Part shown: in pieces, positions 1 to 12,800 of the stretch
Numbering within the stretch: the stretch's first letter is position 1
How the letters are laid out: each line of letters starts with the position of its first letter
From: Lingula anatina
Lineage: Eukaryota > Animalia > Brachiopoda
NCBI GenBank assembly: GCA_051362555.1
Contig: CM120645.1
Coordinates: forward strand, 19,468,001 to 19,532,000
Length of the DNA: 64,000 bases
Direction: 5' to 3'
Position numbers and translations under genes: made by a program
The notes under the pieces: generated by a model
What the model was told of the DNA's origin: nothing
Seen by the model: only the letters and a program-made list of their open reading frames with translations
Databases searched by the model: none

Positions 1-2090
1 AAAAAAAGGGGGGGGGGGCAGGGAGGGAAGATTGACACTTAATTGAAAGATGAAAATGTTTTTTATTTCTCAGTAAGTAAAATGTGTTTCCAGTGATTTT
101 GTTACACAGGAAACAATGATAGGTAAGACAAAATTTATTTTTCATTTAAAGGGAAAAAATGTGCACGTTTTTAATCATTTTACAAAACGCAAGAATGTTT
201 TTCTTTTATGAAATGGGTCACATACCAATTTCTTCATCTAATTAAATGTTCTGCTGTCAAGTTAATGTAGAACAACTGAACTGGAAATGGACCCAAAATC
301 ACTCTTCAACCTATTTCATTTGACTATCTGTATGGTGCCCTTGTTACTCCCGTCAGTGTCCATTCTGTCTCTACTGAGCAAGGTTTTAGGGCTGCCTCCC
401 ACTGCCCCCTTCCCCTTAGGGTTATAGGCAGTTTACCTTTATCATGAAAGAAGTTTGTCTTAACATGATCATTTTCAAGGCAAATGACAGGAAAGTGACA
501 GTTTCTTTTTTAGAAGCAATAGGTTGATAGCTAGGTAACCTTTTGTTCTACTGTTTTTTTTTTCTTCCACAGGGAAAAGATGTCAGTTGGGGACTTTGAA
601 AAGTACACAGTCTGTTTGTACAGCTGAAAGGTGTAACCTTCAGGGTTTCCTTTTTTGGGGGCCAAAATTATGTTTTTTTTTTCAGTGACAATTTGTTAAA
701 GACCAAAAGCTGGTCAAATTTCCCTAGTAAGCATAGATAAACTTAAGCAATAACCAAAAATTATATATGCTAGTGGAACTTGGCATTTGCAAGAAATTGA
801 CTTGAAGAACTATTGTGGTAAAAGGGATAATAACTCTTTGTATATGTATATTTCACAATAAAAAATTGTAAACATTTCATAGAAATGACATAAATTCTGT
901 TTTACCACAAAAAAAAAAATCGCAGTTATAGCTATTATTCTGATATCTGAGCTTGTCATCAGACCATGTGACCTCCATAGATGGCTATACTCAGTAATAA
1001 TCTCTTAAGAGATTATAACATAAAACCAAACTTTTTAGAAAAAAAAACAGGGACTAACTTGGAATGTATAAAAGGATTCATTAACCACTGGGAAGTATGG
1101 GAAAATTGTTGTTTACTCCGAGAAAATTCATTTTTTGGCCAAAACAAACAGTCATTATCCCTTTAAATTCAAAATAGTCAGAAGGTTTACTGGCTGTTGG
1201 GTGTTTAGCTAGAATTATTCCTGGCCCATTCGTCAAATTGCTCCATTGACTGGACCATTGACTATATATAGGGCTTGAAGCTAGCAAGTTTTGCCATAGC
1301 TGCTTGCAGTTTTCATGTGCATATGCCATAGAGCATATAGGCAAAACTGCCAACAAAAAAAATTTCAGTGTGGGTCTAACCTGTGTAATTTGGGATACTT
1401 GGCAACTAAACATAACAACAGTATTTCTTTACAAATCATTTTGGGTGGCTTTTTTTTATTTTTTTTTTTACATGCCATGTATGATGTATTCCATATTTCA
1501 TTTGTCTTGTTGCTGCTGAGAATATTTCTGTATTTGGGGTAGTTCTGTTAGTGCTGCCACCTATACCTCAGGTGTAGATGTGCAAGTGCTGCCCCCTAAG
1601 ACTTTGGGGTGTTTATGTGCTAGTGCTGCGAAATATGCCAGGGGTAGATGCAAAGTTCTGCCACAGATATTACATTGTTTTAAAAACATCCCCTCCCCTC
1701 TCCTTGTTATTTGTTATTTGTCTGTGTAAACATATAAATCAATTGAAAAGGTGTTTTCAGCTTTTGTGTGCTATATGTCTGGGGGATTTGATGTGTAAAT
1801 GCACTTCTGAAAATCAATGGTAATTCAGTGGTACTTGGTTGAGTTAAACACCCTCTCGAGGATATGACCCCTGGACTGGAGATGGGGGTGAAGAAAAAAA
1901 AATGAAAGTATTACAAAAGTTAGAGCAGGGTACATCGATTAATACCACTGTAATAGTAATTCTGTTGTTCGGTATTTTGATAATTAAAATATGTTTAGGT
2001 GGAAAGTGCTGCATCATCATGTATGTCCATGGTATATTTGCCTACTCAAAGTGAGATGAAGATAAACTAATGTCTGCAATTCTCTTTCAG

Positions 2091-2885
2091 AAATCAGTGA
2101 AGGCTGCAGAAGAAATTGCTGCAATTTCCCCTAAAGATGATTCATTAACAGTGAGTTTTAACAGAAAAACATTTGAGACAGTAATTTTAGGGGAACTAAA
2201 TGATAAGATGACGCCATTTTTATTTTTAGATCCAATTCATGAACTGTAAGATAGTGAATTCTAGCCAAATGTTTTACATGTTCTCATTTAGCCCAGGGAA
2301 ATGTTTTGTAATATTACGCAGTTCTTTTACCACATTTTCCTTTGTCATGCTATGTATTTTAGCTTTATCCTAGAGTGATCTCAGAGTTCATCCTGTGTCA
2401 GGCTTAAAAGCTTATCATCTTCAAAATGTCAGGGAATTCTGGCAGTAATTTGACATCTAATTGCTTGAACCGTTGAGAAAAGCTGCCCAGTACTTATTGA
2501 ATAAAATGTCTAAATTATGAGAGAGAAGAAAAAATAACTTAATTACATTTTAGTTTTAACGTTGGTGGTAATTGATGTAAATACTATGTAGTCTCTTCGG
2601 TATTTTACTCACCTTATTAACATCTAAATTATGACAAAATTATAGTTACCTTTGGCCTAAGTTTATTTGTAAAAAAAAAAATGTAGAATAAAACTTTGAA
2701 TGAAAGACAAATTTTTTAGTAATATTATTCAAACAATTTCAGATAGATAACTATAAGTTCAACAATGCAAAAACTCTGGACAAAAGTACACTGACCTACT
2801 CTCCTAAGTTTGGCAAGGGGATCAACGAGACCGTCTCCAGCGTACACATCCCTGTGGAGATATACTATGGAGGTACGTGGTCTGT

Positions 2886-2974
<89 letters not shown>

Positions 2975-5900
2975 TGGTGTGTATTCATATGCATGTGCAC
3001 TCAAGCATGCACATATAATGTTACAATTGATATGTTAATTGCTCATATGTACAGTGTAAGTACACATGCATGTGTATGCAAGCACATACGTATGCAGGTA
3101 CATCGAATTGAAAGAAATATACTTGCACACACTCTTCTTCTAAATTCAATGTTTAATTAATTAAAGTATACTAAAACAGGATCAGATAAAAATCACAATT
3201 AACCATTGCATGGTAGCAGGTATTATGCAGAAACTGAGTTGTGAGAAAAACAATAATATCAACATATAATTTTATTTTGTGATTTGAACAGATAAAGATA
3301 TCCTGAATGGCCTGAAGTGGACAGAGGGACTGGACGACGTATGGAAGCAAAATGCAGAGGATGATCCAAATCTTCTGTGGCAATACTTTGGGGGACAGAA
3401 AGGGTTTTTACGTTCTTACCCAGGTAAATTGATGGAAAATCTCCTCGTTGGTTAAAATTAGATTAGTAAAAGTAGTTACTACTACTTCCACAGTAACTGC
3501 TGCAGCTACCACCAGGTCAACCATTCTTAGACCCCATTCCCACAGATTTTAGATCGATCTATCCCTGTGAGGAGTCTCACTAGATTACTGTCAACGTAGC
3601 TGGCTTAAGCGTCTGTCCCGCCTACTTAAAGCTGTAAAGGGGTAATTAACTACCGTGAGCGCTCGGCTGAGAGCAATTTAGCGTGAACCCCCAGGGAGTT
3701 AGGTCGATCTAGATGGATCGATCTAAATCTATGGAAATGCACTCTTAGATGGCCATCGCTCTATTTCTGTAACACTCTACCTGTCATAGTTGAAGCTATC
3801 TACTTGTATGAGTTCCAGTGTCAAATTACAGATGAAAGTTAATGACTTATTTCGCTCTCTGTATTGATCCTGGGAAAAAAAGCTCTTTGTTAAGAACTTC
3901 ATGACACATTCACAAGGGCACCCAGAGGCAGATCAAATGTGAGCTGGGTACAGAACTCGTGCATTGACTGGGATCCATCAATTGTTACATGCTTAAAGGG
4001 CAGATTAGATCATGTGGAATGTAACTGAATCACATAGATTGTGCCTGCTCAAAATAGAAACTCAGATTGGAAGGGCTATGAGTTATTATGTACGGGATCT
4101 TCACACATGTAAAGCAGTGCCTTTACTGACTGAGAATAGTATCCACATAATGTAACTCGGTGTCTGAATTTCATAATTTCTTTTTGCGAAGAAAAAAAGA
4201 GTGCAATGAACTGGAAGATGGGAAAAGGAAACCTAGTTTGATACAATGTATAAATAATGCTTAGCTTTAAAACAAGAAAACATATCAGAGTAAACAGAGT
4301 AAATGATAAATATAATGAACAGTAACTAGAAATAGTTAATGTTTGAATAATATTGAAATTGGATTTAAACAGTACTTCAATCTTTACAGTTTTTTATAGT
4401 TTTATAATTTTTTCTTTCTTGATTTTATAAATATTAATTTTTATTTTAAATTAATTATAAAATATTGAAAATATTAAATTAATTATAAAATATAATTTAT
4501 TTTATTCATATTACTTAATTTTGGTTATTAATTTGTATATCTGATATTTTCATTAACATTTTAGCCAATGCATGGACTGAAGCCAAGCCTGATCTGTATG
4601 ATGTCAGACGTCGTCCTTGGTACACACAGGGGTCAAGTTCACCCAAAAATATGATGATATTAGTAGACACGTAAGTCTGCCCTATTTATTTATTTTATTT
4701 TTCTTTGCAAATTTCAAACACTTTAAGTATTCCTTATTCCAAATTTTTTGTTATACTTAGTAGTTTTTTTCATCAAAAATTTTTAAATTATGTGTCAATG
4801 GGTACCTTTGCAGTGTAATTAAATGATTATTATTTTTGCCTATTTTGATTGCAGTGTAATTGACAAATTAGTATTAAATAGCAGAATTCTTTTCGCTTGT
4901 GGTTATCAGTTTTGCTTGCTTACAGTTGTCCATTTTACCACTTCTTTTTCTTTTTTTTTTTTGACCCATGAAGAAATGGAATTCATGCAGTATGTTATAA
5001 ATATTTTAAGTTTTTGATCTAAAGGAATGACTTCAACCAAAAAGGCTCAAAAGAACTTGAGATTTAAAGTCTTTTAAAGCTTTTCAGTTCAGTATAGATA
5101 ATTAATTAATAAATCAACAAATAAATGGATAATTTCAGGAGTGGAAGTACTACAGGGGAAGCTCTGCAGCTGATGAAGGAAACAGTAAAACAGTTGCTGG
5201 AAACTCTCGGGGAGAACGACTTTGTGGCAGTAGCAAATGTAAGGTTTTCATTTGATGGTTGAAATAGTCTTCAATATTGGTGTAACATTAAAATGATTAT
5301 GTTATATGTAAGAATGCACACTGTATATAGGGAATGTTTTTGGCTGTTGTGAGTTTAAGATGGAGGTGTGTATACTTATTATCTGTTTAATGTTCACTTA
5401 TTTAAAAAATTCCAGAATTGATGATATGTTTTGGTGACAAAAGATAAAACATAGTGTTCATGATAGTTATTTTCCAAACAGTTGCCAATTGAAAATAATA
5501 ATAGCCAGTTCTTATTTATAAGTCTAGTTATAAGTCCTGACATCTCACAAATGTTCAATACAATGTTTTCCCTTTCAAATTGAAAATCAACCATAAGCAT
5601 ACCCTGCATCTTTTCAGTACTCCAAAACTGAAGAAATCCAAGACACTGTGCGGTACGTGTCAGAATGTTTCCAGGGCTTTGTCCAGGCCACACACAGGAA
5701 CAAGCAAGTCCTGAAAGAGGCAGTGATGGATCTTCAGGCCTCTGGGATGGCCAAATGGGAGGACGCTCTGGAATTTGCTTTCAAAGCTTTCAAAGAGGTT
5801 GAAAAATTTCTACTATATATGGAGTTTGTATTATAGTGCTGAAAAGCATATTGATTAAATAGAAATTGGCTTTAAAGTTTCATTTTCTGTATTTTTCTGT

Positions 5901-6772
5901 TATTTGCAATTTTGTATTTCATTGACAAAACATCCTTTAGTTTATCCTGAGATAGTTCCACAGTTTAATACTGGCTTCTTTAACTCAGTATAACTAGGTT
6001 TCAACCCAAATGTATTGTTTGCACCATCTAAAATGTTAAAAATCTCTTGTAATGTTTGAACAAGATGTTACAAAGCTTTTTTTTTTTGTTCCCCCTAGCA
6101 AAAAGATGGAAGAAGGGTAAAAAAATTTTTATCGGACTGTGACTGATCTTAAGTTTTAGTGTACATATATCTTGAGGATTCATAAAACTCCAACTTATTT
6201 AATGCTAAATAAATCGAAGCATTTTTGTTTTTAGTTTGAACAAGATGAGAAAAACAGCAGCATGAATAATGTTGGAGCAGACTGTAATCGAATTATCATG
6301 GTGTTGACAGATGGCGCCACTGCCAAAGACGAGGCAGCCACTGTGTTGAATAGAGAAAATCCTGACAAGCGGGTATGTAGCACAAACTCAATATGGAGGT
6401 GACAAAACACTGGTATCAGGTTAAAACCATTTGTTTAGGCCTGTGAAATATGATGTTGTGAAATTTCCTTTTGATAATTTTTTGTCTAAGAAAAACATAC
6501 ATTTTCATAAGAAAATTAATTATTTGATTTTAAATAGTTTGAGCAGTGACACTTAACAAAACATTAAAAACATAAAAACTTTCATGTTGTAAAATATGTT
6601 ATGTTGAAAAGATTTTTTAAAAAATTGATAAATTATATTTCAATATTTTTTCATACCAGATTCGCATATTTACTTATGCCATTGGTAAGACAGCTGCTGC
6701 CATAGAGGCTGTCAGGTGGCTGGCCTGTAAGAACAGAGGTTAGTGACTCAGTATTAGTATGACAAGTTTATC

Positions 6773-6834
<62 letters not shown>

Positions 6835-9800
6835 GGTGACAAGACGTTCGTTTTTGTGAAAGAAGCATGAAACTAGCGAAATTGGCATAATCTTAGCTTG
6901 GAATGGAGCCAGTATCTGCCCCTCCCCCTTAAAAAGATGATTAAAAAAAGACTTGTTAAAAAGTCATAGTTTTCTCCACACTCTTGATGTTGTTTAAGGA
7001 AAATAGTTGGCATTTTCGGAAAAATAATTGAACTATAAAAAGGTCTAATGCTACTTGTATCATGGCAGTGAGTGATGTTGACCTAAACCTTTCACAGACC
7101 TTCTCCATGATTTCAGGATATTTCTCGAAGATACCAGCAATGGGCGCCATCAGAACCACAGTACAGGTGAGGTTTTGTAGACCAATTTTTTTTATACCTG
7201 ATGTTGTTATCATAAGTATAATTCAGGCCATTCTTACACCAAATTTTGTGTTATATTTTGTGTTGCACATGATAAATGTAATTGGCGTCATTCTTGGACT
7301 TTGAATCCAAAACATAAAAGGTATTATTGATGTAATTTATAAAATATTACATTTTTAAATTAGAAATAAAGGCATTTAATATATAGTTTGGCCAGTTTGT
7401 TTGAAAATTAATGGTGTTATTGTTTTAATATATTAAGTGGATGCATTTTGATATATTAATATTTAACTAAAGCACATTTTTACAGCAGATTTAGAGTGTG
7501 AATTCCCATAAGGTATGGTTTAATAAGTACACCAAAGACTTCAGTAAAGTAAATGATGTATTAATTTGATATATTTTTGCTATGGTACATATGGACTGTG
7601 AAATGTGTTTGATAGCCCTTTTTTGATATGATTTCTTTTTCAGATGTTGGACTCTGATTTTACATTCTAGGGCATCTGGTTTACATAACGAAAACCAGCT
7701 TATTACAATACACACTTTAAATGCTTTAAAATTTTAGCCATTTATGAATTTAATTACTTATTTTCATAAAACTGTTTACATATTTGTATTATATAATGCT
7801 TAAGAGGTATTTTACTTCCTAATAACTCATTGGTTGTCACCTAGGAACATGTGGCAGTTGTTGCTAGACCTCTAGTCTTACAGTCTAGAGCATACATACA
7901 AGAATCGGATGTTTATGAAGATGCATTGGTATGGTGGCAGTTAGTAAACAGCCAAGTCATGTGACCCATGTGGGATCCCATTCTTTGTGTGTCTGCATCG
8001 TTGTTGTTGTTGTTGTCCTGTCTTGTTTGTAATGTTTTGTGAAGATCCATGGTTTCATTATTTATTCACTGAAAGCAAGGAAAGAAATGAAGAAAGGAAA
8101 AGTGAAAGGAAAATTGAATATCCCAAAAGTATTATTTGGAAAGATAAATTATGTACTGCAGTGCCAAAAATTGATGTTTTGAAAAAAAGAATAATTGTGA
8201 TAAATAGTTGAATAATTATCATTATAGAAATACGAAGCTATCAAAATTCTCACCAGTGAATACCTGTGGATCTTGAAGCCTCACTTCTGTAGTATCTTTA
8301 TGGGGTGGGATTTTTTTTTTTTTTTTTTTTGCTAGATCCGTATTTACATTGGCAAACATGGCTGACCCTGTGACCTCTGTGTGACCTCTTTATTTTTGGT
8401 ACTGGTGTCAAAATTGTACAGTGTATCCCCCTCTCTCTTCATCAACCAATTTGTTATTTCAGCTTAGTATCCATTGTGTTGAAAGTTAACCCAGTGATGT
8501 AAATTTCCCCATTCTGATTTCTATCCTGTATCCATTATATTTCTGCTTTCAGGAGTAACGGGTACCGTAGATTCCATCTACCTTTGGCTGCATTTACATG
8601 AAACTTGGATTACACTTTTGTTTATCATATTTGACTTGTTTTATTTTTAAGGTTCATGGTTTGTGTGAGTAGTGAAATTTAGTGCACATAAGTAACTGTT
8701 CAGCAACATTTCTAGTCTGTACTTGGAACTATCATGGAGTCATCCTAGAAGGATCCTAATCTTTTACTTGCAAGGGATAACTTTAAGGAAATAACCTTGT
8801 CAAAATATGGAACTGTTCTGGTTCATTTTGGAGGCACTCTCACCCCCAATCAATCCAGGAAGTTTGTGTAAATGCACCCACACCCCCCCCCCCTTACCCA
8901 ACCCTCTTATGTTACTATTTCAGAATTACCCAGCTGTGGTAGGGCGCCCCATGGCGCTGGAGAATATAGAGCACACCCATACCAGCAGTCCCTACCTGGA
9001 CGCAATGGTACACATTTAAATAATATGTACTACTTTATTACCTTTTTTTTTTCATTCAGTGAAAGGAGCAATTTTGCATGGGGAGGGTTTTACATTTTTT
9101 GGTGATAGTTGTTTAGGATATGTCAATTTACAGTTCATGGCTAAGGTTTACTTGGGTGGAATTTCATTTAGTTGGGTGGAATTTCAATTACATTTCTTTA
9201 AAAAATGCTAGGAAAATACAAAATTTGGTGCCTTGGCAGTGGGGTTCTTGGATGATAAGTCAGTTGAATGTTTTGCAGACACTCTTCATAAATCAGAACT
9301 TCATAAATAAGACCTTCAGAACTTCTGTTTTAACAGTTGAGGTGGTGGAACGATACTGGCTCATTACAGAAATAGAATCTCTTTTATGAACTCTTCTGAC
9401 AGCATTTGGGGACTCAAAGAATGCTTTTCCCTTCAAATGAGCTTGTCTTGGTAACTGGCTTGGTGAAAAAAGACTTTACTTGATTAATATAACATTCATT
9501 ACATGTATAAATGCTTGATGTATTTCTCAGATGAATTTTTACTTTCTAAGTTGGAAAGTACACAAAAAAATTAATGACATTTGCATAGTGTCCTGTGATC
9601 TGTTGATATGAATGGAGATAGAAAAGATGCCAATAGCTTTGGAAGGCAAAGGGGTGAGCGTTTTTTATCCAAATGAAAAAAAAAATGTGAAAATTATGAC
9701 CTGGGTGCATCATGGTGGAAATCAGGAAAATAAAACATGGGAAAAAATGAGAGATTTGAAATAAGTTAGTAATTAATATATCTGCAGGAATACCCTTCAG

Positions 9801-12800
9801 GTTATAAGAAGAAAAAAGCTTTTCATTAACAGATTATGACCAAGTGATTTCCTGTGTGTTTGTTGAAGTTGAAGGTTGTATGATTTTTCTAAGTGGTATG
9901 TGAGAATTTCTGAGATGTCCCGTACTAGAACAAAATAACTTTTGTTTTCTTTTGACCAGTAGGTTGAAACTGATATAGTTAATAAAGTTAGATGTTATGC
10001 TGTGTTTTCAGAGGTTAACCTAATGTAAAATTTATTTCAGTTTTTAAAATTTTGCATTATTTTCTTCCTTAATATACCCCCAAAACAGATGCAAAGGTGG
10101 ACCTGAAAGCAACATGGTATTTTTAGATGCATAGTTTAATATTTAAAGATTCACCTTTTTTTTCACAAAAAGGGGGAAAGGGAATTGCTGGCAAGTCATC
10201 CCATGGAGACGAGGATATAACTGATGCAGATTTGTAATTTCTGATTTATCTTTTTATTTATCTGCACATCAGAAATATCCAGAATTGCTGGCAGACACAT
10301 TTGCCTATGGTAACCTGAGCCATGTCCTAGAATCCAAGATGTACATAGATCAAGGGGTAAAGTGAATGACGCCATGGTAACGATGCCATGGTTACGACCC
10401 TAACTTAACCTCCACTTTAGGCATGGAGACTGCCCAGAGTTTGTGTATGATACAGTTTGGTTCCCATTCAGTTTTTATTTTTTTATTTTTTAATTTGTTT
10501 GCTGTAGATTTGAGAAACAGTGTACAGACACAAAGCACAGGGTCATGTTTCACAAATTTAACTTATTCAGATGTCAAAGTTTGACTTAATTTTAAGACTA
10601 AAATGTACAGTAGTATTCCTTTTTAGCCAGGATAATTTTCACCAGTTTATATTTGGTGGGTCCTAGGACTTTTAGGCTCATTGTGAAACGTGATTGGGTA
10701 AATAGCTCTATATTTGAAACTGGGGCTTACATTCTGATTTTGAGTCGGCTACTGGGTATTCATAGTACAATTCTTAGAGTTAAAGGAAAGACAAACTTTT
10801 GACATATGGAGTCATTTTGTGAATTGCAGCCTTTTAACTTTTGGATGGACTAATTAACAGTAGAATACATAAAAAAAACTTAAGTTAGGATTTTATTTGT
10901 TTGTTTTTTATATTTGACAATTTCAGAATTAAACTAGAAAAGACACATTTTACATGCTTGGCCTTTGAAATTAATGAACAAACGCATACAAAATGTCTGT
11001 GCACTGTTTTAAAATATCAGTTCAGTTGATTGAAAAAGTTTTCTTAACAGGAGCTTTTTTGAAATCAACTTCAGCCTTTCATGTTGCAATTTTACTGAAC
11101 AAATTGTTATTATTTTTAGTAAGAAAATTACTTATAGATAGCTTGCAGCTGTCTCAGTTGAAGACTGTTCTCAGAATAATCACCAGGTGGGGTTACAGTC
11201 AAGTCCCTGTTTATTATGTAGGTTTTACAGTTACCACCTGGTGGTAATTAGACATCTTAAAATCTCTCTGAGTATGGACGTGGACTGAGACTTTCACAAG
11301 CTATTTATTAGTATTTTGTTTAGAGAACTTTTCATTGTGCAATGAGTTCATTTGATTTAATGGTTGGTATATAAACAAGTATTCTTAGAGTGTACTTTCT
11401 GAGGATATTGTCATGGCATTTGATTTTTGGCATGTTTGATCTTTCCCTTTATTTCTGTAAGTTTGAAGAAAACTGCCACCATTCATTTCTAGATGAGAAC
11501 TTCAGAGTGCGGAATTTAAAACAGTTAAATCTACTAACAAATTACCTTTTTACATTAGTCATATAATGTGACAAAAGGAAATGACATCAATTTATTTATG
11601 AAAAGAACTTTTTTTCTGGTCACGCAAAAATATAACTGTTCATGGAAATTTATTATCAAATGGCACACACTATTTTTTTTTTTTTTTTTTTTTTTTTAGT
11701 GAAAAAGGTCCAAGAGCTTTGCCTACTATTTATGATATAGCTGAGATGAATTTTGCATGTAAGAAATGCAGCCAAATAAAAGTCAGTATGTGTTCTGAAT
11801 GGTTTCAATGAGTTTGTTGTGTGAATTTAATTGGTGTGATTTAATAAATTAACATTCAAGTTAGAAAGGGAGGGGAGGGGTTTGAAACCCTGGCACTGGT
11901 CACTTACTTCCTTCATTTTTGTGGAGCTGTTGTGATTGATCACTGGTCAGTCCTCAATACAGGAATGATTTGAATTTTTGAAACGAGTGATTGCTTTATT
12001 TTTTTACTTTTTATGTTGCAGTTTTAGTGATGAATGGCAACAATTGCAGTATTTGGGTGCAGTTTTGTTTAAAACTAATGACTTATGAGTTAACAGGATT
12101 TTATTTCTTATTTTTCAGTGAATGATTAGAAGTTGTTTGCTGATTTTTAACTCAGCTACTCAAATAGCAATTGCATTGTTTGCATTTTTACTCATAATCA
12201 AGTTGATTCAATTAACCACTGAATTTAATGTTATTTTCAGTTGTTGCTCAGTACTTTGCAGTGTTTGCTTTTTTGCCACAAAAATAGAAGATATAGTTAA
12301 TCACTAATGATTGAGTATTCTTTTATTTACTTAACTATTTTCAAGTTTTCTGTGATCAGCATAATTTTATAATTGTGCATAGTGCTCCATATTGAATGTG
12401 GCATTCTGGGCTTACACTAGCACCTGATGGTTATACCAAAAGTTAAAAAGTAATTTTACTGTAGACAATAAAAAAGTGATTTTTTTATTTATCATTATTG
12501 ATTCCAATGGGTTTAGAGCAAACATTGATCTTGTGGAATCTCAGCTCATTTGTGAAATGAATGTTTGCCAGATTAAGTAGTGGTATGCGTAAGCCCAGAA
12601 GAGCATGAGGAGGAAAATCCCACAGTTGGTGGCGACACTATACAATTACATTTGGGAGGAAGGGGGTGTTGGGGGTACGCACTCATTGGTCACTTAGTGG
12701 CATAGTGTTCCACCTCCAAATTTAAAGGTGCGATTTGGTCAGGTTTGAAGCATGTGTTTGAAGTTGCTTTTTTCTTTACTTGCATTTTTCTCAGGAGTTT

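Noticed and set aside
74-630. Exon-like segments 94-122 and 573-630 upstream of the first alpha2delta exon
   Set aside because: They have plausible AG/GT ends, but I found no frame with alpha2delta similarity that joins 2091 in phase 0; they cannot be supported as coding.
2725-3160. ORFs with VCVC/HTHT runs
   Set aside because: Translations of the (CA)n microsatellite.
6771-6833. Poly-C followed by poly-A as a retroposon tail
   Set aside because: No associated element body or TSD; simple homopolymers whose lengths may be assembly-dependent.
8875-12676. Possible pairing of the C-rich tract before exon B (8875-8901) with the G-rich tract before exon D (12652-12676)
   Set aside because: Low-complexity complementarity; poly-C and poly-G tracts are common in this window.
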